From NCBI RefSeq assembly GCF_001194135.2, contig NC_068994.1, forward strand, positions 38,968,242-39,016,985: 48,744 nt of DNA, read 5' to 3'. A program made the translations under genes and the position numbers. The DNA comes from Octopus bimaculoides. Lineage: Eukaryota. A model generated the notes under the pieces. The model worked only from the letters and a program-made list of their open reading frames with translations. It was not told where the DNA came from and did no database searches. Positions 12,124 to 25,942 of the stretch are shown piece by piece (position 1 is the first letter of the stretch; every line of letters starts with the position of its first letter).

Positions 12124-12341
12124 ATAGCAATTTCAAATATTGGCTCAAGGCCAGCAGTTTAAGGGGAGAGGGGAAGTCAATTACATTAATCCTAGTACTT
12201 GACTGGTACTTATTTTATCGACCTGGAAAGGATGAAAGGTAAAGCTAACCTCAGTGGAATTTAAACTCAGAATGTGAAGAAAGGTGAAATGCCACTAAGC
12301 ATGTCACTCAACATGCTAACAATTCTGTCAGCTTGCAACCT
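12124..12341 (-). mobile_element. tRNA-derived SINE ('family B'), near full length, with a 14-bp target-site duplication
   Basis: Minus strand has an A-box-like head, B-box-like GAGTTTAAATTCC and central CTTTCATCCTTTCCAGGTCGATAAAATAAGTACCAG. It is flanked by taggacccagagta at 12110-12123 and 12342-12355. Confidence 0.85.
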
Positions 12342-13582
12342 TAGGACCCAGAGTATACTGAGACAGCTTTCTTTAAAAAAAATGCATCTTATATGCCCTC
12401 AGATTCAGTATGTCAAGTATATTAGCACCCATTTTACTATTTAAATTAATATATTTGTTCTTTCTTGATGATTAAGTGACATGATTATATGTGTACACAA
12501 AGTGCAAAAATTCTGAAGGAATTTTTTGTGTTGCCCTCAACAACATCTCTACCAGCCAAAGTCTATTTTCTGTGAGCTTCTCTAAAAGCAAATGGAAATG
12601 AACATAAAATGGTAGAATATTTTCAATTGATGCCATTTTCCTAATACCTTCACTAATGTAGAATCCATTACCATTTCACAATTCTTAATCTTCAAGGATT
12701 CCAAACAGAATTTCAGTGAAATAGATTGACTGGCTGTTAATCTCAGTCTTAAACATAAATCGCTACTCTTTAGTTGGATGGTTGTGACCAATAAAATCTA
12801 AGTGTTTGCTTAAATGAATACCAAAATGCTATTTGTGACCAGGCGAGCTTTTGTTTGTGAGTGAAAGTAATTGTAAAACAATTTCTAGAAATTGAAATGC
12901 ATTTATTCATAACATAGAAATGAAAAAAACATTTTAAAATGGTATTCTATTTGCTTTAATTAATTACTGTTATCAGCCAGCACCATTTTCATCTAATTCA
13001 ACCATCTGCACATTCATCACTCATTCACACTCTCACTTCCTTCCTGCTCTTAAATTTCTTCATATTTTTTCCAGTCCATCTCCCAATGCTCTGCTCTGCC
13101 TCATTTATATGCTGATGTTATGGAAAAAGAAAAGAAACAGAAAGTAAAAAGAGAAAAGAAGAGAGACAGACAGATAGACTGACAGACAAACAGAGACAGT
13201 TGGAGAGAGAGAGGCTGAGAGGAAGAGAGAGATAAGCTGAGAACAGAGATAGGGAGAAAGTGAATTTAAAACTATACAAGCCTTTCATTTCATGAGATGT
13301 GTTTCAAGATTTCAAAAAAAGAAAAAAGAACTAAAAACTAAAAAAATGTCAGTTTGCATTAATTGAGAACAATTGGTGATTTTTTTATTCTGCTCATAAC
13401 TTTACAATCAATCAGAAATAGCTAATGTTTGCATTTTAAATTGACATATGTCTCCATTTAAAATCTGCAGTATCTTCGACACATTTTGTAAAATTTTGTT
13501 TATAATCTTCATTTTAACATCTAGGTTCTACTATTAGGAAATTCAAAACATATGTATGCATATGTGTACGTGTGTGTGTATG

Positions 13583-13663
<81 letters not shown>

Positions 13664-14257
13664 GTATATATGCATATGCACGCACATGTGCATGCATTGC
13701 ATAATTTATATGTGTGTATATATAAACACACACACACACACACACACATACATATATATATATAATATATAATATATATACATATAATATATATGAATAT
13801 ACATTTGTATACATAATTAATTTTATTTGCTTCTTTGGTGTAATTTTTTGAACCAGCTTCACTGAAGACTAAATGACAAACTCTCGTTAGAAGCAAGCAT
13901 TAGACAATTATTCATTATCTACAGGAAGCAATCATCAAGCTATAAAAAATTCTATTAGTGTAGTCCAAAGAGAAGTGTTTTAGATAACAATCAATGCCTC
14001 TTGTTAGTTATTTTCAAGCACATTCAAAGGTGTGAAAAACCTTTTACAACCTAATTGAAGTTTAATTATGATGAGAAAATATTTCTTCGAATTGAAGTAC
14101 AAGAATACTACACAGCAATAATATCGTTTACTTCATAATTATTTTTTTTTATCATCATTATGATCATTGTAATTTGTTCTTATTGCTTTACATAAACACT
14201 AATGCTGCCTAAATTTGTGTAACTTTTTCTTTTAACTGGATTGATATATGATGTTAA

Positions 14258-14390
14258 AGCCATAGCTATGTGGTTAACTAGTTTGCATTGTAACACTGAA
14301 ATGTCTGTTTCAATATTCTACCACTGCCCCGAATCAACCAATGTTTTGTGAGTGAAATTTGGTAAATAGAAAATGTGCAGAAGCCCATGA
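14258..14390 (+). mobile_element. SINE family A, internally deleted
   Basis: atagctatgtggttaactagtttgc head and gtgagtgaaatttggtaaatagaaa...gaagccc. Confidence 0.6.
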
Positions 14391-14923
14391 AAGAGATCAC
14401 TCCTGTTCTTGAGTAGCAGATTTAATCCATTGCCCTTTTTAACACCACTTCATAGCTTTTGAGGTGAGTGGCTTTATTAGATTCTGGTGCAAATACTTGG
14501 GCTAGGGTTCCAGTCAGAGGTAATCTTCTACTGCTTATTTGCATTAGACACAGAGGACTTAGAAAAATCTTAAGTACCGTGTCATTAAGAAGTTTGTTTC
14601 ACAACTAAATAATTTCAGGTTTGAGCAAGTGCCATCTACTATAGCTTTAGTCAATCAAATGCTTGTGAGTGAAATTTGACTGATGGAAACAGTGTGGAAA
14701 CTTGTTTCATGAGAGAGGATTAGAATGAGGTTGTTGTTGCATACTTGTTCTTCAATTAAAAGAAATATTTTTTTAACATCATCAAACTTCACATAAGGAT
14801 GAGAATTGCCTTTACAGCAACGAATATACTTGAAAATAGCAAACAAGAGTTATTGAATGCTACCTAAAACAGTTCTATTTTGATTATACTAATAAATTGT
14901 ATGGTAGACTTAATTACTGACTT

Positions 14924-15100
14924 TTGGCTGCCTTCAGCAGTTTTTGCTCTGTTACAAGAATTTGGACCAGGAATCCAAACAAAGAACTATTTTGTCCCTT
15001 CATTCCAGCAATGATGGTAGCACTAGAAAGCACCATGAGCATTGTCTTCCCATCCCTGACTAAGCCTTTAAAAAAACAAAATGATTTAAGATTTAGCTTT
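14924..15100 (-). mobile_element. Possible decayed LINE RNase H fragment
   Basis: Minus strand EGTK*FFVWIPG...CNRA...KAAK resembles WIPGH..GNE.AD.AAK. Confidence 0.25.
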
Positions 15101-15510
15101 ACTCAATATATATAAGGACCCCATCAGTCAAGGTTGACTATGTATCAGCACATGTTTGTGCAGCCTTGGTTAAGATTTTCTGGGAAAGACTGGGAATTGT
15201 CAAAACATGGAAGTCTTCCCTCTCCATACCATCAATGTTTATCAAATGCAAAGGTTGTTGATTTGGGTCAATGTAGATTGGTACCATTGTTGCCTGTATT
15301 ACTGTCAGAATTTTATTTCATAACTGGTGGGTTATAACCTGTATAGGCTCAGAGTAGAGTGGGGACAGCAAACTCAAAGGCTGCCACAGGCAGTACACAC
15401 CCTAGCTACACCACTTCAAAATGCTAAGAACTGGACCAATACTGCAAGATCTTGCCTGACCTTCTAACAGTTCAACCAATTCTCTATCCTAGATTACCAT
15501 TTTATTTCAT

Positions 15511-15704
15511 CGTGCGGGTGACACGTAAAAGCACCCACTACACTCTCTGAGTGGTTGGCGTTAGGAAGGGCATCCAGCTGTAGAAACTCTGCCAAATCAG
15601 ACTGGAGCCTGGTGTTGCCATCCGGTTTCACCAGTCCTCAGTCAAATCGTCCAACCCATGCTAGCATGGAAAGCGGACGTTAAACGATGATGATGATGAT
15701 GATG
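15511..15704 (+). mobile_element. Retroposon 3' end with (GAT)n tail ('family C'), apparently young copy
   Basis: ttaggaagggcatccagctgtagaaac...ccaacccatgctagcatggaaagcggacgttaaacgatgatgatg, with CpGs intact. Confidence 0.85.
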
Positions 15705-16160
15705 AATCCTGAAAGTATGAAAGACAAAGTTTCTAACTCTTTTGTTGACACTAACTTTCTGACGCTGCACTTAGTTCTATGACACTAAACTGTTCTTTGT
15801 AAAGTATTCATAATTAAATTTAAGCTAGCCATCTCAATTTTTAAGTAAGTGCTGTTTTGCTAAGTTGTCTCCTAAACACCAAGTGACTCTACTAAATCTG
15901 TCCAGATTCTTGATTATTTTCAAAAATTCATTGAATTACTTGTTCAGTAAGAGTATAGCTGTGTTTACTTACATGTGAGTTTGAAGTGGTAATATCTAAA
16001 TGCTTTTGCTTACTGTTTCAGGTGCCTGTTTAGTTATGAACATGCATTGAAACAGTGGTGATACCTTTAATCTTGATGCAGCAGAACATCCAGGGTGAGA
16101 GAGAGAAGGAGAAAAAGGAAAAAAAAGAGAAGGGGAGAAAGAGAGAGATGGAGAGGGAGA

Positions 16161-16204
<44 letters not shown>

Positions 16205-16205
<1 letters not shown>

Positions 16206-16365
16206 TGCCAGACTGGCACCAAAACTGTTGCTCATTACAGTTGAGTAGACTGAAGCAGCATGAAATGAAGTGCCTTGTTCATGGACATAACATACCACCT
16301 GACTGACGAATTGAACTCAGAACCTTGTGATCATAAGCTATATACACCAGCCTCTATGGCTGTGC
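16205..16365 (-). mobile_element. tRNA-derived SINE related to the 35160 copy
   Basis: Minus strand GAGTTCAATTCGTC...CCATGAACAAGGCACTTCATTTCA...CAGTCTACTCAACTG. Confidence 0.6.
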
Positions 16366-19077
16366 ATTTCATTTGAAATATTGTTATGAAATGTTTAATG
16401 CCCAAAACGAAGTTCATGTCTTGTGTCTTTCAGTTGCCAGGTTCAAATTAAAGTTCAGTAGTGGTGCGTTTGGTTCCAACCATTTATGAACCTAGTGATA
16501 AATTTCCATCTCTCTTTCTCTTTCCTTCTGTGTGTGCGTGCGCACACACATCCGTATGTGTGGTATGTGTGTATGTATATATGTTTATGTAAGAATATTT
16601 ATATGTGTGTGTGTGTATGTATATGTATGTATGTTATATATATATGTATGTATGCAAACACGCACACACACACGCATGCCTCTACACTGCTATCCTCCTT
16701 CATTACTTTATTAGCATTGATAATCTATTTATGACCTACATTCTCCAATATTCATGTTTCCCATGGTTTGTAGTATTTAATATCCTTCTAGAAATAAATT
16801 GACAGATGATGATGATTGTGATAATGATGATGATGATGACACCACTACTGCTGCTGCCACTACCAACACAACTGTCACAACCAATAATGATGACAATGAT
16901 GACGATGTTAAACACAAGTCTGTATTTTAGGTTTCCGTAAAGGCCTAAAACAAAATATCGAAGTTACATATCTGGAACTTTTCTGATTATATTTTTATAT
17001 TATTTTTTCATATTCGAGCAAAATATGAAGATATAAGAGATTCATATTTTTTTTGTTTTTGTTTTCTTTTTTTTAAATGTATATTTCTGAAACATTAAAA
17101 TAACAATGAGTCTAACAGTTTAAGTATCATTAAAGAAGAAATCATTACCGATTACTTCCTTTTCAAGTCAGTCATTTGTTTTTATGTTCAATAAATTTAA
17201 CACCAATTGATAGGAAAAATATTAGTTCATAACCTAGTGTGGGTACTCAAGAATTCAACAACAAATCTCATTTTATTTCCCATTTTCTACTCAAAATAAG
17301 CTATAAAATATAAACCAGTTAAAGAAGAACATTATTCTAAGAAGGAAATAACTCCAGTTTGGACTAAACAACTACAAAATGGAATAAAATAACCACAGCA
17401 TCAATAACAAGAATAAATCTGATATCTGTTTCAGGCTTCAGACCATGTCTAGGAACTCACAAGTAATGAAAAGAAACATACTAACATACATGTGCCTTAC
17501 TATTTTAGGCAAAGCCTATTCCCTCATCTTAAAAATTGAGGAAAAAATGGAATTCAAGTGCATATTAAGCAGAATAGATATGATATAACTTGGTTAATCA
17601 AAGCATTTCACATAAACGTTACAAGATTGACTAAAGTTTGATATATCAAAGGTGTAAGACTTATTGGTTCCAGTTACTATAGCCTCAAGTCAATTAAAGC
17701 CATATAGGTGAAACTTGGTAAACTGGAAATGCTTGGAAGCCTATTAGAGGTAATGCCCCTATTCTTGGGATATAGGCTTAATCCATTATTTGTTTTAATA
17801 CCCTTTTGGGGGCTCCAAGGTGCATTTACCAGAATCCATTCAGTTGCAAGCTTTCATATCGGGTCTCTACTCTGAGGATCTTCTCATACTTTAAGCAGTC
17901 TTAGAGGCACTGCAATTGTCTTAGGCACTACAGATTTTCCTCTTCTGAATAAGGCATTAAAAAAGAATATGGGAAGACTTCTAGCCTGGTTCAAATATCT
18001 CAAATCAGTAACCACTGTCAAAAATGTATGACTCCTGGTCTGACTCAAATATTACAAATCAACTACAACTGTAAGCCTTCATAAGCTGAGTTAATTAGTG
18101 ATAAATAATATCATTCAATTTTGAAGATGGATATTTCTAGCTTGTTTCATAGATAATAGCATAATTCTGTAATGCGTATATATATATATATTGCTATTGT
18201 GATATTTAGAATAATTTTCATCTTAGAGTAAATACTGTTACCGCATTCAATATCCTCTTTGGAAAACAGTGGGTTGGTAGAATTTATTCCATCAGGAATC
18301 AAGGATCAGTGTATTAGTTTGACCTGTAATTATTTTATTCTGTCATTGACAACTTTTTCCTTAGATCATTTCCAAAACAACAATTACTTTAAACTACAGC
18401 TCTAAGAAGATTCATGATCTTAACCCTTTTCTTATTAATCCACCTAATACAACCTCTACTCCTTTGATACAAAAATTGCCTATTTTAAAGTGTTTAAATT
18501 TCAACCTTCCATTAAGAACCTTTCATAAGGTTATGCTTCAAATGCTGGCTTAACAATGGCAAATTTAGTTATTTGATTAAATCTTTTCAAATTCTAAATT
18601 ATTTTCCAAATCAAACGAAACAGAATATTTGAATATCAAAAAATATTCACAAAAAAGTTAAATTATTGGAAATAAAATTCTGTCTGAAGACTTAATCAAG
18701 GATTGAATACAGACCAGATGCATTTTAAAAGAAACACTGACAAAAATACAAATGACATTGGTTAACAAGAATCAAAAGTCAATAACAGGTGAGAAGTATT
18801 TTAACGAGAAACAAAAAAACTAAATCATTAAAAACAATAGTAATGGTATCAAAAACTCCTGAGGGACAGTTTTAAAACACCAAACTAGGTAGGAATATCT
18901 TACAGGCTAGTCCTTCAAGTTAAAATTTGAAGTTCTGCTCAGCACAAACTTTACAATAAATTTGACTCTACTCTCAGCACTGATCCCCTTCCCCTTCAAC
19001 AAATGTTCCATTGTTATTCTTAAATGTGCTTTAAAATAATCCTTTTGGTTGGTTTGATCCCAGTATCAACTGATATT

Positions 19078-20140
19078 TACAGGGTGCTTTGGCTAAGTTT
19101 GACAATTTTTTAATATCTCCTTGATTTTTAGGAACAGCTTGACGTATTGGGGAACAGTCAACAGCATTGGAGAGCATAAAGATTAAAGTTGTAGTTGAGA
19201 AAAAGTTAACTGACATGGAGCAATGGAAACCATCTGAATATTGGAAAACAGTTACCTGTATCATGATGATTTGCACTAGGTATCAAAATGCTGAACCATG
19301 ACTGCTGCTCAATGCTCTGTGAACACTGTAAAGACTGTAAAACATAACATAGGCAGCTTAAACAGAGTTTACAAAGCTGTGGCTGGCAGGAAGGGATACA
19401 GCAGGCATCCTGAGTGCATTTACACATTAGAATTCATCCAACAACAGAGGGACAAGGTGGTGAAAAATCTGAGCAAGGGTATCTAGGCTTTGGCAAGAAA
19501 GATGGGTGCTGGAGATGCTACCATGAAAATGGCCCTAAATGCAGACCTTCATCTACAAGATGTACAAGGGACAAATTCTGACAGGCAAGGCTAAGGAGAG
19601 CCACTTGACGAAGGCAAAAAAACTAATGAACAAGCTGCTAAGGCATCCTGCTGAGCTGGATATTATCTGGTTTTTCTCAAATGAGAAAAACACCATCTGT
19701 CAAAACAGTTGCACAACGATTTACCAACAATCCATGTGATGTCCCACATATTAGGAATACTAAGTTACCCCAAACTGTGATGGTCTTTGGGTGTGACCTT
19801 TAGCTCAATTCAGATGGCTGTGTGAAGTTGTTGGTGACTGTGGTCAAACCCTAGAGAGGGTTGCTGCTGGAAAGCCATATGTGTTGCAGCAGAATTTGGC
19901 TCTTTGTCATACTTCCAGAAAGAGTCAGAAGTATTTGTCAGAGAAACTCTACAACTTTACCAGCCCCAATTTCTAGCCTCCTGGTTTCCCCAGTTGTAAT
20001 CCCTTTGATTTCTATGCAATGGGTACAGTTGAAAGACACCATACAGTATGGGAAGCATACACCAAATTCTGGAGCCATCTTGAGACCATGATAGAAGCTG
20101 AAGGCAGATACTTTGAATAAACTGTTGTCTCACACCCATA
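19078..20140 (+). mobile_element. Tc1/mariner DD37D (maT-like) transposon relic, nearly full length
   Basis: TA-CAGGGTG start at 19078-19086. Frameshifted translation gives IIWFFSNEKN, TVMVFGC, KPYVLQQNLALCHTSRKSQ, PPGFPSCNPFDFYAMG and ETMIEAEGRYFE*. Confidence 0.8.
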
Positions 20141-20187
20141 ATCATCATCATCATCATTACTTTTATCATTAATTTCATCGTTGTTGT

Positions 20188-20332
20188 CATCATCATCATC
20201 ATCACAACCGTTTAACATCCTTTTCTCATGTGGACGTGGGTTGGATGGTTTGACATGGGGCTGGCCAGCTGGGAGCTGTCCAGAATCCAATTGTCAGTTG
20301 TGGCATGGTTTCTGTGGCTGGATGCCCTTCTT
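20188..20332 (-). mobile_element. Family C fragment
   Basis: Reverse complement of gaagggcatccagcc...ccaacccacgtcc...gttaaacggttgtgatgatg. Confidence 0.7.
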
Positions 20333-20976
20333 AATATTCTTTGATTGTTTAAAATACTTGTATTTTTGGATGAGATATTTTGTCTTCTTTCCCTTTTATG
20401 CAAACTGTCAAGTATTTTACCAATTCCAAAAGGATGATCATCATTATGATGGCCACTGAAAAATTCACATCCTTAGATTGTCTCTACTCAATAAAGATAT
20501 GAACTTTGTTTCAATTTGGTGTTTTTTCAGCCTTCTTCGTGCCTCCAGAAGAAGTTACTTGGCTATAATGGTGGTCTGGGGGGAATTTGAACCTTTCCAA
20601 GACAATCCTGTCTTCTTTATATGTCACTGGTTATATCGTCCAACATATCCTTCTTTATTTAAACAAAAGCAACAGAGTATATACTGAGAATTGTTTAGTT
20701 GCTATTTCTAAACGATCGAGCAACCATTTTGAGGTCCTCTCATTGGCTGAAATGTGAGTTCAAATTTGAAGAATGTCAATAAAATATACTAAAATATATA
20801 TCCATTTTATTACTTCCAGTGGAATGCTGTCAAAACCTAAACCACACCTGGCTTGTTTTTTGAGCTGGAGAGCGCTTTATCAATTACTTTCCATGCCACC
20901 AAACCTACTCAACCATGTCTAAATTGAGACTACCCACCAAGAAAAACCAGAACTATTGAAGTAGCAGTATATTGTC

Positions 20977-21063
<87 letters not shown>

Positions 21064-21073
21064 TAATAATAAT
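20977..21073. repeat. (AAC)n(AAT)n microsatellite
   Basis: Directly visible. Confidence 0.95.
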
Positions 21074-21517
21074 ATTATCACATGGATGACACTAACTGTC
21101 ACATAAACAGAAGCAGCATAGGTGATAACAACAACAACAGCAACAACAACAAAATAGCTTTTTAGTTTGATGCATACATTTACAGAAAAAAAAGATATAA
21201 TGAAAAAAAAATGTTAATAAAAGTAATTTACTTTCAGAAACATTTCACTAACACCCAAAATTTCTAAAGTAGATGAATGTATTTTAAATTCCCAAAATCC
21301 CTCACTTGCTTTTAAAACTTGAAAACCTCACTGATAACATCATATATGCATCTGATTTTGATGTTGTGTATTATATTGCCTTTTGGAGTCAGGGGATGTA
21401 TAAAATTAGAAGCAATAGCTGTGTACTTTTGTGAGTTTATGTATATTTTTTCCCATTAAGATTAGGAAATATCTATATGTATATGTATGTATGTTTGTTT
21501 GTATGTATGTATGTATG

Positions 21518-21556
<39 letters not shown>

Positions 21557-22355
21557 AATCGTATTTATATATGATGTGTTTTGTATTTTATTTGTGTCAT
21601 GAAGATTTGTTGATATGAATGAAGGTAAGGAGAGGAGAATATTTAATAACCACTGAAAAAAATATAGAAAAAAGATAATATTAACATAAATGATAAATTA
21701 AAAAAAGAAAAAAAAAAAAAACGAGGTATTTTCAATGTGTTTCGAAATGAATTTTTGTATTGTGCAATTTTTACTTCAGATTGACAGTCTCTAAAAATTA
21801 TTCTTTGGTAGTTAGGAAGATTAAAAGATGTCAGGTCTGCATGTATATGTGCATGGTAGCATATGTAGAAGGTTTGATCTGTAAATTTTTTTTAGAGAAA
21901 AACATGTTTGCATTATTCAAATCCTTGTAAGTGTATGTATGTATCTTTAGCTTCTAGCTTGAAAATTTGTACACATTTTGTATGTTATGTTATGATTGAA
22001 TATGCATTTGTGAACATACACACACAAGCACGCACGTATATAATGTTCTAATGTTTATCTGAATGTATAATTTTGTCTGTGCACATTTTTGTACATAAGT
22101 TTACATGTTCAGTTCATGCACGCATACATTATTTTATGAGTGTTATATATTTATATGTATGTATATATGTATGTATGTATGCACGTTTGAATGTATATAC
22201 GTACGTGTGTGTGTGTGTGAAAAGTGAAAATGTGCCTATCTGTGTTTTTGTTAAAGGGTTTGAATTTTTGTAGTTACAAATCAGATAACAGGATTGGATC
22301 TGAATATGTGTTTGTCTGTCCATCTCTCTCACCCAATCTCTCGCTTTCTCTCTGA

Positions 22356-22408
<53 letters not shown>

Positions 22409-23265
22409 CATGTGTGTGCGTGTGTACATATGTATATGTTATTATTAGTTATATATTACACATACATGCACAGTTATCAATTTATCTGTGTATATGTTTA
22501 AATATGTTTATATCTCTATTCATATGTATAATTGCATTTCTGTAGGTGAAATATAGAGATAGCATGTACATCATGGAACTATTGCTAGATGCATTTCTGC
22601 ACTCATTTATGCTGTCAAAGTTTGGTGGCCTCCTTTCTGTGCAAACAGAAGTTATATAAACCAGATCTATCACATCAGAATGAAACACATGTATTAGCTT
22701 TGAATTTCAGCAGAATCCTCTCATAAAACATTTAGTTTAGATTGTACCTTATCTCATCATTCAGTTTTTGTGATTTTGAAATGAAACAAAATGGCCCAAT
22801 GAGTGATTTTTTTTATATCTCATTGAGATATTTTATCAGATTTCTTTTCTAACGTCATATATTAACCCCGGAAAAGGCATTTCATGATCTGGATTATTGA
22901 CTTTAGAGGCAAGATAGAGGCATTGCCATTTAAAGATTTCCCAGTGTACATCATATTAAGATCATTCCTAATTGATTAGGTTAATAACAATCTTTCAATG
23001 AATACACAATCCAGCTTGTGCGAAAAAAAAAAAAAAGAAAGAAAAGAAAGAAAGATAAAAGAAAGAAAGAAAGAAATAATTCCCCTAAATGCTAGCTGAA
23101 GGCAAAATAAAATATGTGGAGGTTTTTGTTGAAAAAGTTCATTTCGGAATAGTGACACTGGTATTATTAGCAAAAGAATTTAGAATAGGAATGGACAACA
23201 GAAGAATAACCCCTAAGCAACAAAGCTATAATTTCAGTGACACAACAAAATAGCAATGACAAAAA

Positions 23266-23273
23266 TCATCATC

Positions 23274-23318
<45 letters not shown>

Positions 23319-23325
23319 GTCATCG

Positions 23326-23357
<32 letters not shown>

Positions 23358-23407
23358 GTCATTGTCATCGTCATAGTCATCGTCATAGTCATCGTCATCA
23401 TCATCAT
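23266..23407. repeat. (CAT)n/(CAC)n/(CGT)n microsatellite
   Basis: Directly visible; source of the poly-His, poly-Asp and poly-Met ORFs. Confidence 0.95.
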
Positions 23408-23682
23408 CTCCTGTCTGCATCCAATATGTACATTATTTCTCAAATCAACTGAACAATAAGGTGGTTTGGGAATCTGGGATTATTTATTGTTGTTTGTGAG
23501 ATTAGGAAAAATCTTGGAAAATTGAAAATAAGTGTTAGCACAATTGGCAGAACATCTCTGAGAGGATCTGCGACAAAAAAGGCTTGTCTATGTGACTCAC
23601 AATAACAAGAATGGTAATAATGATGGTTATAGCATTAACAACACCAACAACAACAACATGAAAATCTATAGCTCTGGGGAAA

Positions 23683-23850
23683 ATAGCTGTTTGGTAGAGA
23701 AGAGGCACACTTTGTTAATCACGTGTTTCCAAGTTCAGTCCCACTGCATGCTGCTTTGGCAAAAGTATTTTTTCCTGTAGCCTTGGGTTGACAAATACTT
23801 TGAGAATGGAATTTGGGAGGCAAAAACTAATGGGGAGTTGTATATATGTA
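23683..23850 (+). mobile_element. SINE family A, diverged
   Basis: aagttcagtcccactgcatgctgctttggcaaaagtatt...tagccttgggttgac. Confidence 0.7.
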
Positions 23851-24999
23851 AATACACACGTACACACATCAATACATACACAAACACATACACATACATA
23901 CATTTAAGTATATTTCTTGCTGATATATATTGACAGGAAAAAAAACTGGTGCTTTTCAAATGTAGTCCTTTCTACCAAGTCATAGATATAATTCTCACCG
24001 TCAAAAATGTGGTTGATTTTTCCATTGGAAACATGTAATCAATGAAGCTATTGTTTACCAATTGTGAAATAAAATAGGTAAATACATAAATAAATAGGAC
24101 AAGCCATAAAGACAACAGAATGAGTACAATAGGGTTAGGCAGTTCATGCCATGGTAAATAGTGAGTGTTTCATTTGCTTTTAATGCATAAATCAAAAGTT
24201 CCCACGGTTAACAAGAACAGATAAGTTGGCACTAGATGACTTTCTTTTTGTTTACTCTTATAAATTAACCAAATGAGGAGATGCAAGCTTTTATGGACCC
24301 CCACAAAACTAAAGGGGTCGATGAAATTTATGTTTAGTGTATTGGAGTTTAGAGATTCATAGTTCTAGGAAGCAGGGATTGGGAAAATGTGTTTAGTATG
24401 GGATCTGAGAGGCAAGATGGAAATGGCTGTATTTTGATGTCTTATTTGTTCAACAATGAGGTCATGCAACAACTAACTTCTTTTAGCTTGGTAAAAGCCA
24501 ATTCTATAAAGAGAAGTGAGTGCTGTTCTATATACAGACATACACACACATATATATATATACTTATAATTGATCATAATCAGCATTGGATTTGAAAATA
24601 ATACAATAGTTGAGTTCTCATGGATTTCTTGAGTTATTTGATGATTAACATATCTATGTTGAATTTTTTATTTGTATTTTGCTATTAGTAAAGCTTTCAT
24701 TAGAGATTCTTCTCATTTTTGTGAAATTCATATAAAATTACAGAGCTATCAGCTTATGTTTTCCTGTCTACTTTTATTTTGTATGTCATATTATGTGTAG
24801 CTATGGTTTCTTATTGTAAGTGCATGGTTAACAAGCGAGAAAGAGCTGAACATATATATGTGTGTTTATGTCTGTGAGAGTGTAAGTGCATGTATGTATA
24901 CACAAATGCATGTACATACACATATGTATATTTGTGTGTGTGTATTTATGTGATAGGTTTATACGGATGTCTGTAAATACTGTGGGCATATGTATGTCG

Positions 25000-25210
25000 C
25001 ATGTCTGTATTTACATTTAAACTGGTCATCAAAACAAAATACGTGTTGCTGATTATGTCTCATGATTTAACAGTTCAATAAACAGAGATCAATAGAATAA
25101 GCACCAGACTATGATATATATTGGAGCCAATATGACTGACTAAAACACTTGCAAGTGGAGCTCCAGCATAGCTGCATTTTTATGACTGGAACCAGTAAAA
25201 GATTAAAAGT
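25000..25210 (+). mobile_element. SINE family A, 3' domain
   Basis: cagagatcaatagaataagcaccag...gctccagcatagctgc...atgactggaaccagtaaaaga matches the 3' domain of the 39855 copy. Confidence 0.6.
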
Positions 25211-25714
25211 AAAACAAGGCAAAATTAAATCTAAACGTTACACACACAGATGCACACATTTATATATACATTTNNNNNNNNNNTATATATATATATATAT
25301 ATATATACATACAATCAATGTCATAGTTATATAAATAGAGCAGTAATGTGCAAATTGATCTAAAACAGATGTTTAACCAGTTTAAAAACAAATCTAAAAG
25401 TATCATTAACATGACAAGCAATCAATATATTCTAAATTGTTTATAAGCTGCTGTCTCTTTGCTCATTTTTATGTGGTAGAGTTTGATATACAGGTTGTTG
25501 ATCAGTACTGTTATGAAAATGTATAACATGATGGTCGTGGCTGGAATGTCTGTAATCATAGGTCTGCTTGATCAACAACCACTCCTTCTCTTTGCCCTAC
25601 AGAATTTAAATCTACAATTCTTAACATGGGAGAAAATTTGTACTGGATGGAAGTTTCTAAATTCCAGACGTAATTATGTGGAGTCTAGGAGGGAAATTCT
25701 TTTGAGAGTTGGAA

Positions 25715-25897
25715 AAATTTGAGGGTTAGTGGGGTTAGTCAAACCCAGTGCTCAGTTAGATCTTGTTTCCTTGATTCTAAAAGGATGGCAGGCAAAGTCA
25801 ACCTCAGCAGCATTTAAACTCAGAACATAAAGAACCAGAAGAAATGCCACTAACCATTTTGTCCAGTGCAGTAACAATTCTACCAGCTCATTGACTA

Positions 25898-25942
<45 letters not shown>

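Noticed and set aside
16203-16221. Perfect 9-bp palindrome tggtgccag-a-ctggcacca
   Set aside because: Short, at a SINE end, and has no independent support for function.
17200-18560. Non-repetitive block that might be a decayed LINE or a Pcdh tail exon
   Set aside because: All frames are interrupted. The one DSG-like motif (tgacagtggtta, minus strand) is followed immediately by a stop.
23490-23580. Second R4/Dong-like end (KNLGKLKISVSTIGRTSLRGSA)
   Set aside because: Similarity is too weak to support without a profile search.
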